This document shows, piece by piece, positions 51,701 to 60,336 of a DNA stretch of 64,000 bases. The position numbers and the translations under genes are program-made. A model generated the notes under the pieces. The model was not told the DNA's origin and ran no database searches. It saw only the letters and a list, made by a program, of their open reading frames with translations. Each line of letters opens with the position of its first letter. Positions within the stretch are counted from its first letter, which is position 1. Source of the DNA: an uncultured Gemmatimonadales bacterium (GTDB lineage: Bacteria; Gemmatimonadota; Gemmatimonadetes; Gemmatimonadales; Gemmatimonadaceae); the NCBI GenBank assembly GCA_963701965.1, contig OY969695.1:2048001-2112000 (forward strand), written 5' to 3'.

Positions 51701-52048
51701 ACCACGGATCGTATCACTGACCGTATAGTCGTGCCCGATGGCGAGCGGCTGTCGTTCGTCGACGTCCAGTCCATCGACTGGATCGAGGCCTACGGTAACT
51801 ACGTGCGGGTGCACGCGGGCGCGCGCACCCACCTGGTCCGTACGACGATGGCCCGCATCGCCGGCCGGGTCGGGCCGGACACGTTCGTCCGCGTGCGACG
51901 ATCAGCGCTGGTGAACGTGCGGGCCATCGTGACGGTCGAGCCGTACGCCAAAGGCATGTTCGTCCTCCACCTGCGCACCGGGGCGAAGCTGATCTCCAGC
52001 CGGTATCACCAACCGGCGCTACGGAAGCTGCTGCGCGCCGACGGGTAG
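51700..52048 (+). pseudogene. Orphan LytTR DNA-binding domain without receiver
   Basis: IDWIEAYGNYV, FVRVRRSALVN, SSRYH; only a GTG at 51731 without obvious SD. Confidence 0.7.
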
Positions 52049-52061
52049 CCGGGTACTCCGG

Positions 52062-52511
52062 TCACTTCGGGGTCTTCGTGCTATCGAGCCACTGCGAGAC
52101 GCCGCCGTGGTTCGAGCAGGTACCCGAGTGTGACTTGCTGTGCGAGTATAGCCCGTCCTTGCACTTGGCGATCGCACCAGTCGGGTCCATCGTCTCGGAC
52201 TTCCCCGAGGTACTGCTGTTCATCTTTGATGGCGGCGGCGTCGTTGGAGCTTTCGTCGTAGGAGCCGGCGCCGGAGCACGCGCCGGAGCAGGCGCCGCGG
52301 TGGGCGCCGGAGCGGGCGCTGCCGGAGTCTTGGTGACGGCGCCATTCGACGCCGACTTCGTCTTGTCGACTCCGCCATGATGCGAGCACGCACCTTTGCC
52401 GGTCGTCGTGGACGTGGTGCCGTCTTTGCAGATCAGCGAGATCGTACTGTCCTGCCCGCGTGCCGACAACGGGACCAAGACCATCGCGAGACCGCATACC
52501 AACGCCTTCAT
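52062..52511 (-). CDS. Secreted protein with two DUF3761-like Cys/His motifs and Pro/Ala linker
   Basis: CKDG...GACSHHGGV and CKDG...GTCSNHGGV; GGAGGAG SD. Confidence 0.85.
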   Translation of the reverse strand: MKALVCGLAMVLVPLSARGQDSTISLICKDGTTSTTTGKGACSHHGGVDKTKSASNGAVTKTPAAPAPAPTAAPAPARAPAPAPTTKAPTTPPPSKMNSSTSGKSETMDPTGAIAKCKDGLYSHSKSHSGTCSNHGGVSQWLDSTKTPK

Positions 52512-52576
52512 AAGCTCCTCCGTTGAGCTCTCGTCTCGGAGCAATCTCTGGAAGACTGGTGCCAGACCAATATCCC

Positions 52577-52930
52577 ATGCACACGATCCTCATCGCGTTC
52601 AGCTCCCTTCTCCTCGGCGATCCCGACAGCTTGGCTGTCAACGCCGCCGAGTACGATGGGTGGAAGACGTATCACGTGTACTGCGACCGTTGCCACGGCC
52701 AGGACGCGACGGGCAGCTCATTCGCCCCGAATCTGCAGCGCTCCGTTGGCCCCCAGGGCGCGGTGAATCACGACGTCTTCATCCAAAAGACCACCGACGG
52801 CGTGATCGACAAGGGCATGCCGGCGTGGAAAAGCCAGCTGAGCACGCAGCAAATGGGCAACATCTACGCCTATCTGCGCGCGCGCAGCTCCGGCCGGCTT
52901 GCCGCCGGCCGGCCGCACGTCGTCCCCTAG
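52577..52930 (+). CDS. Monoheme class I cytochrome c
   Basis: CDRCHG heme motif, APNL, GMPAW Met ligand. Confidence 0.9.
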   Translation: MHTILIAFSSLLLGDPDSLAVNAAEYDGWKTYHVYCDRCHGQDATGSSFAPNLQRSVGPQGAVNHDVFIQKTTDGVIDKGMPAWKSQLSTQQMGNIYAYLRARSSGRLAAGRPHVVP

Positions 52931-52939
52931 CCCACGCCG

Positions 52940-55021
52940 CTACTTCGTCCGCACGCGCACCATCGCGTAGATGGTGCGCGGCTGCCCCGGCGTGACTTGG
53001 GCGCCGGACTCCAGCTCGCGATACGCGATGTCGGCGAGATTGCGCACGCCGACCCAGAGCTCGGTCGGACCGAACACCTTGAGACCAGCCGACATGTTCA
53101 GCAGGATGTACCCGGGACGCAGGATGCCCAGCTCCTCGAAGGGCGTGTACGGCCCATTGAACGTGGCGCCGACGTGCGCCTGCCAGATCTGCGTGGGCAG
53201 ATCGACGTCCACCATCGCCGCGCCCACGTATTTCGACGTATTGAAGACGGGCGTATGCGAGTAGTCGAGCCCATCGTCGGGATTGATGAAGTGCGTGTAG
53301 AACGCGTGCAGGATCGTGAAATCCGCCGACGCCGTGACGCCCGGAATGATCCGGTCGTGCGCCGAGACGTCGAGCCCGTTGCGGCGGCTTTGGCCGCCGC
53401 CAATCGAGGCGTTGAGCGCGGGGTCGAAACTCTGTTCGTTCGAGACGTCCATCCGGAACAACGACGCATCGACCGACAATGTCCCTTCGTCCACGCGCAA
53501 CCCGGTCTCGTAGTTCCAGACCGTGATGAACGGCAACGTCGGATCGCTGATCACGCCGTCGGTCTGCCGGAACCCGCGCGAGATGTTGGCGAAGAGCGCG
53601 ATGCCCGGGTGACCCAGGTCGACAAACGGCCGCACCAGCACGCCGACTTTCGGCGAGAAGATTCCCTTGCTGTGCTGGGAGCTGAAGAGCGGGCCGGTCG
53701 GGTTGCCGTCGGCGTCGGGCGTCGGCTGCAAGACGTAACTCGAGAGTTGATCGACGCGCCCACCAAGATCGAGCCGCGCGTACTTCGTCACGTCGGCGCC
53801 GGCCTGGATGAAAATGCCCCCGGATGTCTGGTGCGCGGGCTCGGCCAACAACAGGGGCGCCGAGTCCACGCGGAACCCTGTCGACGACTCGGCGAAGCTC
53901 TCATAGTGCGCGTGATCGTAGCGCCCTTCCGCGCCGACGGTGACATCGACCCCGTGCCGCGCGTAGGTCAGCGCCGTCGTCCCTCCGAATCCGTAACGCC
54001 CATCATACTCGCGCGTCTCGGCGCCCGTCCCTTCCGTCAGCCCTCCGAGCCCCGGCGGTGAGCTCAGCCAGAAATTCCACGTCGATTGCCGCGAATAGAC
54101 CGTGGTGCGCCACTCGAGATTGGGCGAGAGGAACGACCGGAGACTCACGCGCTCCTGGGCGTGACGCTTGAACCCGCCATCGCCGAAGTTGGAGATGAAA
54201 TTGTACTGGCGGGCGTTGTAGCGCGTGGTGTCGAGAAACCCCGGCGACTCGTAGTCGGTGAGATAGCCCTCGACGCTGGCGTCGATCGTGGTGTTCGACG
54301 ACAGGTCGTCAAAGGCGCGCGCGTGGATGTGCCCATACTGGTTCTGGCTATTGGGCCGCCATCCGTCCTCGCGGAACCCGTCGACCGCGATGACGCCGCC
54401 CGACGTGTGGTGGTTGAACCCCGTGATGCCGTATCCCTGGGCGTTGCCGTAGGAACCGCCGCCGGCGACGATCGTCGCGCCGTCGTAGCGATCCATGGTG
54501 CGCACATTCACGGTGCCGCCAAAAGCGAAGTTGCCGTAGAGGGCGCTGGTCGGGCCCTTCACCACATCGATGCCCGTGACCGCGGCAATGGGGATGAGAT
54601 TGAGATCGTTGTATCCCTCGGCGTGCCCGTTGACCGTCTCGTTGTTGGGCACACCGTCAATGTAGAGCGCGACGTCGGTCGAGTGGTCGGAGCTGAATCC
54701 GCGTATCGACAGATCGGACGCGAACCCGGGACCCTGTCCCTGCTCGTGGGCTTCGAGTCCCGCGGTCTGGCGCAACAACTCCCACGGCGTGTTCGCTGGG
54801 GTGTTGTGCAGCGCGATGGTGTCGATGTGGGTGACCGTGAGGGGCTCGGTGCGCTCGACGGGTGTGGCGGTGATGGTGACTTGCTCGAGCCGGGGGGCGC
54901 GACGCAGCGTCGAGTCGCGTCGGGTCGAGTCGCGGCGGGCGGCACTGGTGTCCTGCGCGTCGAGCAACGCCGGCCCCGCCACAAGGAAAGTGGCGAGCGC
55001 GAGCGAACGGATGACGTCCAT
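52940..55021 (-). CDS. TonB-dependent receptor
   Basis: Signal, TonB-box-like EQVTITA, IRGF, IDGVP.N, IDVVKGP.SALYG plug, PGQPRT tail. Confidence 0.92.
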   Translation of the reverse strand: MDVIRSLALATFLVAGPALLDAQDTSAARRDSTRRDSTLRRAPRLEQVTITATPVERTEPLTVTHIDTIALHNTPANTPWELLRQTAGLEAHEQGQGPGFASDLSIRGFSSDHSTDVALYIDGVPNNETVNGHAEGYNDLNLIPIAAVTGIDVVKGPTSALYGNFAFGGTVNVRTMDRYDGATIVAGGGSYGNAQGYGITGFNHHTSGGVIAVDGFREDGWRPNSQNQYGHIHARAFDDLSSNTTIDASVEGYLTDYESPGFLDTTRYNARQYNFISNFGDGGFKRHAQERVSLRSFLSPNLEWRTTVYSRQSTWNFWLSSPPGLGGLTEGTGAETREYDGRYGFGGTTALTYARHGVDVTVGAEGRYDHAHYESFAESSTGFRVDSAPLLLAEPAHQTSGGIFIQAGADVTKYARLDLGGRVDQLSSYVLQPTPDADGNPTGPLFSSQHSKGIFSPKVGVLVRPFVDLGHPGIALFANISRGFRQTDGVISDPTLPFITVWNYETGLRVDEGTLSVDASLFRMDVSNEQSFDPALNASIGGGQSRRNGLDVSAHDRIIPGVTASADFTILHAFYTHFINPDDGLDYSHTPVFNTSKYVGAAMVDVDLPTQIWQAHVGATFNGPYTPFEELGILRPGYILLNMSAGLKVFGPTELWVGVRNLADIAYRELESGAQVTPGQPRTIYAMVRVRTK

Positions 55022-55102
55022 GAAAAAAATGACTCCGCGTCGAGTGGAGAGCGGAGGCGCACGAATGCGCTCCGCGGATGATGCAGGACCCCCTAAGGGG
55101 TC
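55022..55102 (-). promoter_or_regulatory. Alternative-hairpin leader (attenuator-like) before the TonB-dependent receptor
   Basis: GCGGAG-CGCA-UUCG-UGCG-C-CUCCGC competes with CUCCGC:GCGGAG(SD), which is followed by a U7 run. Confidence 0.55.
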
Positions 55103-55475
55103 AGACGCGGACTACGGGCGGGCCGAGTGGAGGCGGAAGCAGAACATCCGGCGCTACGGTCGTCGGCGCGATCCCATGCGTCGGATCGGGCGCGGCGGCC
55201 ACGACCGCGAGCGGGACGACAGGCAGCGATACCAAGCGCCCCGACGGGCAATCGAGCAGGGCGACCGCGCAGCAGGTCCCAATGCAGGAGCAATGCGCTG
55301 GCGCCTTGGACGGCGCGGGTGCATCGTGATGCGGCATCCCGCCGTGCGCCATCCCCGCATGATCCAAACGATCATGGATGGCACAGCCATGCACCGGAAT
55401 CGGCCCCTGTACGACGAACAGGAACCACATTCCGAAGCACACCGCGAGCACGCGTTCCCACGCACGGCGCCGCAT
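55101..55475 (-). CDS. DUF2946-like His/Met/Cys-rich leader protein with polyproline tail
   Basis: RRR + hydrophobic N-term, HAGMAHGGMPHH, HCSCIGTCC, LLPPPLGPP; TACATT-N6-ATG. Confidence 0.75.
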   Translation of the reverse strand: MRRRAWERVLAVCFGMWFLFVVQGPIPVHGCAIHDRLDHAGMAHGGMPHHDAPAPSKAPAHCSCIGTCCAVALLDCPSGRLVSLPVVPLAVVAAAPDPTHGIAPTTVAPDVLLPPPLGPPVVRV

Positions 55476-55510
55476 GGGGACAATGTAGCGCGATCATTTC
55501 AAATCTGGCA

Positions 55511-56801
55511 ATGATCTGGAACTCTGACATCGAGACGCTCCCGCGCGAGCGCATGCACGCGCTCCAGCTCGACCGCCTGCGGGCCACCGTGTCGCACATC
55601 CTGACGTCGGCGCCGGTCCTCGCCGCGCGTCTCCGCGCCGCCGGTATCGCGCGCGGCGACGACCTGCGCTCGCTTGCCGATCTCGCGCGCGTGCCGTTTA
55701 CCACGAAAGCCGATCTGCGCGAGCACTATCCATTTGGCTTGCTCGCGGTCCCCGCCGACCGCCTGGCGCGGATTCACGCATCGAGCGGCACCCGCGGCAA
55801 ACCGACGATTGTCGGATACACGGCGGCCGATCTGGCAATGTGGGCCGAGGTGGTCGCCCGCTGTCTGGCGATGGCCGGCGTCCGCCCGCGCATGGTCGTC
55901 CACAATGCCTATGGGTACGGTCTCTTCACGGGCGGCCTGGGCCTCCACGCCGGCGCCGAGTTGCTGGGCTGCACGGTACTCCCGATCTCGGGCGGGGCGA
56001 CGCAGCGCCAGGCGCAGCTGCTGCGCGATCTCGGCGGCGAAGTCCTGTGCGCGACGCCGTCGTATGCCCTGAGCATCGCCGAGGCGCTCCTGGCGGCGGG
56101 CATCGACCCATCGAGCCTCCGCCTCCGCGTCGGCGTATTCGGTGCCGAGCCGTGGACCGACGAACTGCGCGTCGAAATCGAGCGGCGGCTCCATCTCTCC
56201 GCCGTCAATATCTACGGGCTGTCCGAGATCGTGGGGCCCGGCGTGTCGGCCGAGTGCGCGGAGGGACGCAATGGCTCGCACATCCACGAGGATCACTTCC
56301 TGCCCGAGATCATCGATCCCGACACCGGCGCGTCACTGCCGCCGGGCCAAATGGGCGAGCTGGTGTTCACGACCCTGACCAAGGAGGCGCTGCCGCTCAC
56401 CCGCTACCGGACGGGCGACATCGCGTCGCTCGATCCACGCCCCTGTGTGTGTGGTCGCACGACAATGCGCATGAGCCGCATCCGCGGTCGGCGCAATGAC
56501 ATGCTGATCATTCGCGGGGTCAACCTGTATCCGTCGGAAGTCGAGCGCGTGCTGCTGGGCGTCGGAGACATCGCGCCGCACTATCAGCTCGTCGTCGACC
56601 GTCCCGGGGCGTTGGACGAGATCAGCATCGTGTGCGAACTGGCCGCGGGTCGCGTCGACCGCGACACGGTGTCGGCGCGACTGCACCGGGCGCTCCAGGA
56701 GCAGCTCGGGCTGTCGTTCACCGTGCGGAATGTTGGACCCGGACCAGGTTCCCCGCAGCGAGGGGAAAGCGCTACGCGTGGTCGATCGTCGCCAGACGTG
56801 A
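55511..56801 (+). CDS. paaK: Phenylacetate-CoA ligase, +1 frameshift near 56729
   Basis: [31 protein letters not shown]; true tail [15 protein letters not shown] lies in the shifted frame. Confidence 0.92.
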
Positions 56802-57782
56802 TCGCACGCCGGCCACGATCTGGATCGAGCGCCGGCGCGCCGTTTGATCGTAAATGTGCGACGTCAGCATGATCTCGTCGGGACGGTGCTCGTCCAGAAA
56901 CCGCCGCAAGCCCTGCTCGACGGTCTGGGCATCGCCCACAAACGAATACGCGAGCGCTTCGTCCACGTTGGCCTTTTCCAAGGGCGCCCAATTCGCATCG
57001 TCAATGGGCGGGGGCAGTTGCCCCGGCATCTCGCGGCGCAGGTTGATGAACGATTGCTGCTGTGATGTGAAGAGCCGCCGCGCTTCGCGATCGGTGTCGG
57101 CGGCGATGATGTTGACGCCGACCATGGCGTAGGGGCGATCCAGTTGCACCAATGGCTCGAACCGGGCGCGATAGACGTCCAGCGCGGGCACCATGTAGGT
57201 CGGCGCGAAGTGCGACGCGAACGCGAACGGGAGGCCGAGGGCCGCCGCGAGCTGCGCGCCGAACAGGCTGGAGCCCAAGAGCCAGAGGGGGACGCTGAGA
57301 CCGGCGCCGGGCACGGCGCGCACGCGTTGCCCGTCCTGCACAGGCGCGAAATAGGCCTGCAGCTCTTGGACGTCCTGGGGAAACCGCTCGGCGCCCGCGA
57401 CGAGATCCCGCCGGAGCGCGTGCGCGGTCCAATGGTCGGTGCCCGGCGCGCGGCCCAGCCCCAGATCGATGCGCCCGGGATACAGGGACGCCAGCGTGCC
57501 GAATTGCTCGGCGATCACCAGCGGGGAGTGGTTCGGCAGCATGATGCCGCCGGCCCCTACGCGGATAGTGCTGGTCCCGCCGGCCACGTGGCCGATGACG
57601 ACTGCGGTCGCGGCGCTGGCGATCCCCGGCATCCCGTGATGCTCGGCCAGCCAGAATCGGTGGAATCCCAGCCGCTCGGCTTCCCGCGCCAAGTCCAGGG
57701 AATTCCGAAAGGCGTCCGCCGCCGTGGCGCCCGCCGTGATCGGCGCCAGGTCCAGGATCGAAAAAGGAATCACGCCGGCCAT
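56772..57782 (-). CDS. LLM-class flavin-dependent monooxygenase (luciferase-like)
   Basis: [34 protein letters not shown]; start 57782 or GTG 57773. Confidence 0.93.
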   Translation of the reverse strand: MAGVIPFSILDLAPITAGATAADAFRNSLDLAREAERLGFHRFWLAEHHGMPGIASAATAVVIGHVAGGTSTIRVGAGGIMLPNHSPLVIAEQFGTLASLYPGRIDLGLGRAPGTDHWTAHALRRDLVAGAERFPQDVQELQAYFAPVQDGQRVRAVPGAGLSVPLWLLGSSLFGAQLAAALGLPFAFASHFAPTYMVPALDVYRARFEPLVQLDRPYAMVGVNIIAADTDREARRLFTSQQQSFINLRREMPGQLPPPIDDANWAPLEKANVDEALAYSFVGDAQTVEQGLRRFLDEHRPDEIMLTSHIYDQTARRRSIQIVAGVRSRLATIDHA

Positions 57783-57804
57783 CGAAAGAAGATGGCCGGC
57801 GTGA
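57770..57804. promoter_or_regulatory. Perfect 14-bp hairpin covering the LLM start codon
   Basis: TCACGCCGGCCATC-gaaagaa-GATGGCCGGCGTGA. Confidence 0.7.
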
Positions 57805-57838
57805 CGCCAAGGAGTTCCTAAGAGCTGGCCTTCGGTAC

Positions 57839-59641
57839 TTACGCTTTCGCCAGATCCCGGACGGAGGCCGCCATCAGGGCCACGCGACGGGGGTCGGGCG
57901 AACCCGCCCTGTCGCTATCCAACTGCGTCGCGAGCTGGTTCAACGCGTCGGCCCGCGCCTGCCCCTTGAGCTTCTCGGCCGCGTCGAGCGCTTTGGCGAT
58001 CGCCGTCCGCCGTTCGGCCGGCAACCCGTTGTTTCGACCGAGTTGGTCGAGATACGACCGCGGCACGGCGAAGATCGCCGGCCACACCAACCGCGGTTGA
58101 TCCTGCACGTTGAGCCACTGGAACCGCACGGCGTTCGCCGCGTCGATCTCGTTCTGCGAGAGGTAGGCGCTGGGCTTGAGCGCGAACATGTCGAGTCCGC
58201 GCGTGATCTCGGAGCCGACGATCAACCCGTTGTACCAGTACACGGACCAGTAGCCCGCGAGCACGAGCTTGGTCGAGTCCATCGGGCCACGGTCGAAGTA
58301 CGCGATCTCCTGGACATGGGTCGGATCGGTCCAGTCGAAGACGGAGATGCCGCCCTGATACCAACCCTGGACCATGACGTCGCGGCCGGGGATCGGGATC
58401 AGCGAGCCGTTGTGCGCCACGCAATTCTTGAACGCCGACTGCGTGACCGGGAGCTTGTAGTAGCCCTTGAACGTCATCGAGCTGCCGGCCAGCGTGTAGA
58501 ACGCGTCCGCGCCCCACATCGGGTTGTCCCCAGGCCGGCACCGGGGCTGGGCGCCGCCGCCCCACTCGTCGGAGAACAGGATCTTGGAGCCGTCGTTGTT
58601 GAAGGTCACCGAGTGCCAACCCGAGAAGTTCGTGTCGGTGACGGCGCCGATGCGCGTCGGGTGCGCCGGATCGCGAATGTCCATCAGGATGCCGTAGCCA
58701 CCGCAGGCGCCACCGGCCAACCCGATCGCCGGGTAGGCCGTGATGTCGTGGCATTGGGTCGGTCCCGACGGGGGCGGCATCTTGATCTGGAACTTCGCCA
58801 GCAGCGCCGCGAACTCGATCGAGTCGGCCTTGCTCTCGTGGTGGCGCTGGGCGGCCACCAGATCCTGGAAGACGCGCGGCGACGAGACGATGTGCGCTTG
58901 CTCGGGATGCGCCACGGGGATCTGGATGACCTCGAGGCGGAACAGCGCCGTGTTGGGATCTTCCGTGACCGTGCCGCCGGTGCATCCGGGCAGCTCGCTC
59001 GCCGAACGGACGGTCGAGGAGCCGGACACGTAGATGTAGACGTTGTTGTTGTCGTTCGGGTCGGTCACCAGCGTGTTGGTGTGCGACCCGCGGCAAGTTT
59101 GGACGACCTTGATCGGCTTGGGATGCGTGATGTCGGTGATGTCGAAGATCCGGATGCCGCGCGCGCGGTCATGGCTCACGGTGTCGGTCACACCCTGCAC
59201 GCCGCAGTCGACGCGGCCGCTGGTGGCCTCGGCCGACACGAACATGAGGTTGCCGTACACAGTGACGTCGCTCTGGGAGCCGGGGCACACGTAGGCGGCC
59301 TTGAGCGTGACTTCGGTCGGCGTCGAGATATCCCAGACCTGGTACCCGCTGTAGTTGCCCTGAATCACGTAGTTCCCGAGGAACGCGAGATCCGAGTTCA
59401 CGAGGCGGTCGGCGCCGGGTTGCGCGCGGTCAATGAACTGCGCCGAGGGCGGCGTCAGCGAGACCGTCTTGAGATTCCAGATCGCCTCGCCGGCGTCAAA
59501 CCATCCGCTTTTCAGGTTGAGCCGGGGATCCGGCGTGGGTGCCGTCGCCGACATGTCGGACGATGCCGTGTTGTGGCCCGTCGCACACGCCGCGGCGGAG
59601 AGCCAGCCCAACGTGAGGAGCAATGAACGAGAGGGTTTCAT
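57839..59641 (-). CDS. LVIVD-repeat beta-propeller lipoprotein
   Basis: Lipobox AAAC, NSDLAF, (W/F)DI..P repeats, CRGSHT, CHDI, WHS, CVAHNG. Confidence 0.8.
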   Translation of the reverse strand: MKPSRSLLLTLGWLSAAACATGHNTASSDMSATAPTPDPRLNLKSGWFDAGEAIWNLKTVSLTPPSAQFIDRAQPGADRLVNSDLAFLGNYVIQGNYSGYQVWDISTPTEVTLKAAYVCPGSQSDVTVYGNLMFVSAEATSGRVDCGVQGVTDTVSHDRARGIRIFDITDITHPKPIKVVQTCRGSHTNTLVTDPNDNNNVYIYVSGSSTVRSASELPGCTGGTVTEDPNTALFRLEVIQIPVAHPEQAHIVSSPRVFQDLVAAQRHHESKADSIEFAALLAKFQIKMPPPSGPTQCHDITAYPAIGLAGGACGGYGILMDIRDPAHPTRIGAVTDTNFSGWHSVTFNNDGSKILFSDEWGGGAQPRCRPGDNPMWGADAFYTLAGSSMTFKGYYKLPVTQSAFKNCVAHNGSLIPIPGRDVMVQGWYQGGISVFDWTDPTHVQEIAYFDRGPMDSTKLVLAGYWSVYWYNGLIVGSEITRGLDMFALKPSAYLSQNEIDAANAVRFQWLNVQDQPRLVWPAIFAVPRSYLDQLGRNNGLPAERRTAIAKALDAAEKLKGQARADALNQLATQLDSDRAGSPDPRRVALMAASVRDLAKA

Positions 59642-59656
59642 GAAGAGATTGGGTGG

Positions 59657-60265
59657 CTAGTGTTCTTGCATCGTGGACTGGAGCATGAGGAGCATCCGAT
59701 TGATCTCGGCGGTCTGATCGGCGCCGACATCGGAGGCGAACTTGAACACGACTTCGTCCTGCGCGGCGCCCTCGGACGAAAACAGCGTATGCACCATTTC
59801 GAGCGCACCCTGGTGGTGCCGGATCATGTAGCCGAGAAACAGACGGTCGAAGTCCGGACCTTGAGCGTGGTCCAGCTCCGTCATCTGTTCCGGGGTCAGC
59901 ATGCCCGGCATCAAATTGCCGGGACCCATGTCCATACTCATGCGGCCGTTCGCGTCCGGCACCATCTCGTGCCGATCGCGCAACCAGCGCTGCATCGATG
60001 CGATTTCGTCGCGTTGGGACACCACGATGCGGGCACAGAGGACTTTTACGGCGTCACTGGCCCCGTGCGTGGGCGCCCAATTGCCCATGATGATGGCCTG
60101 GGCGTGGTGGCCGATCATGCCCTGCATGAAGTTCACGTCGGCCGCGGTGTACTTGGGCAACGCCGTGCCGGGATTACTCGCCGCCAGCTGGGCGCGCGCG
60201 CCCGACACCGCTCCTGACCCCATGATCGCGGCCGCCAATGCCGCCGCGACAAATTTTTGCGTCAT
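59657..60265 (-). CDS. DUF305 (CopM-like) protein
   Basis: DV.FMQGMIGHH.QA, MPGM, FL..MIRHHQGA; GGAG SD before ATG 60265. Confidence 0.9.
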   Translation of the reverse strand: MTQKFVAAALAAAIMGSGAVSGARAQLAASNPGTALPKYTAADVNFMQGMIGHHAQAIIMGNWAPTHGASDAVKVLCARIVVSQRDEIASMQRWLRDRHEMVPDANGRMSMDMGPGNLMPGMLTPEQMTELDHAQGPDFDRLFLGYMIRHHQGALEMVHTLFSSEGAAQDEVVFKFASDVGADQTAEINRMLLMLQSTMQEH

Positions 60266-60336
60266 GCCGTGCTCTCCGGTTCGCGCCATTGTAGCGCAGA
60301 ACTGGTGAGTTAGCGAGACTCTCGCGAAGAGTTGAC

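Noticed and set aside
52577..52930. PQQ alcohol or methanol dehydrogenase cluster around the cytochrome c
   Set aside because: No dehydrogenase or pqq genes in the window
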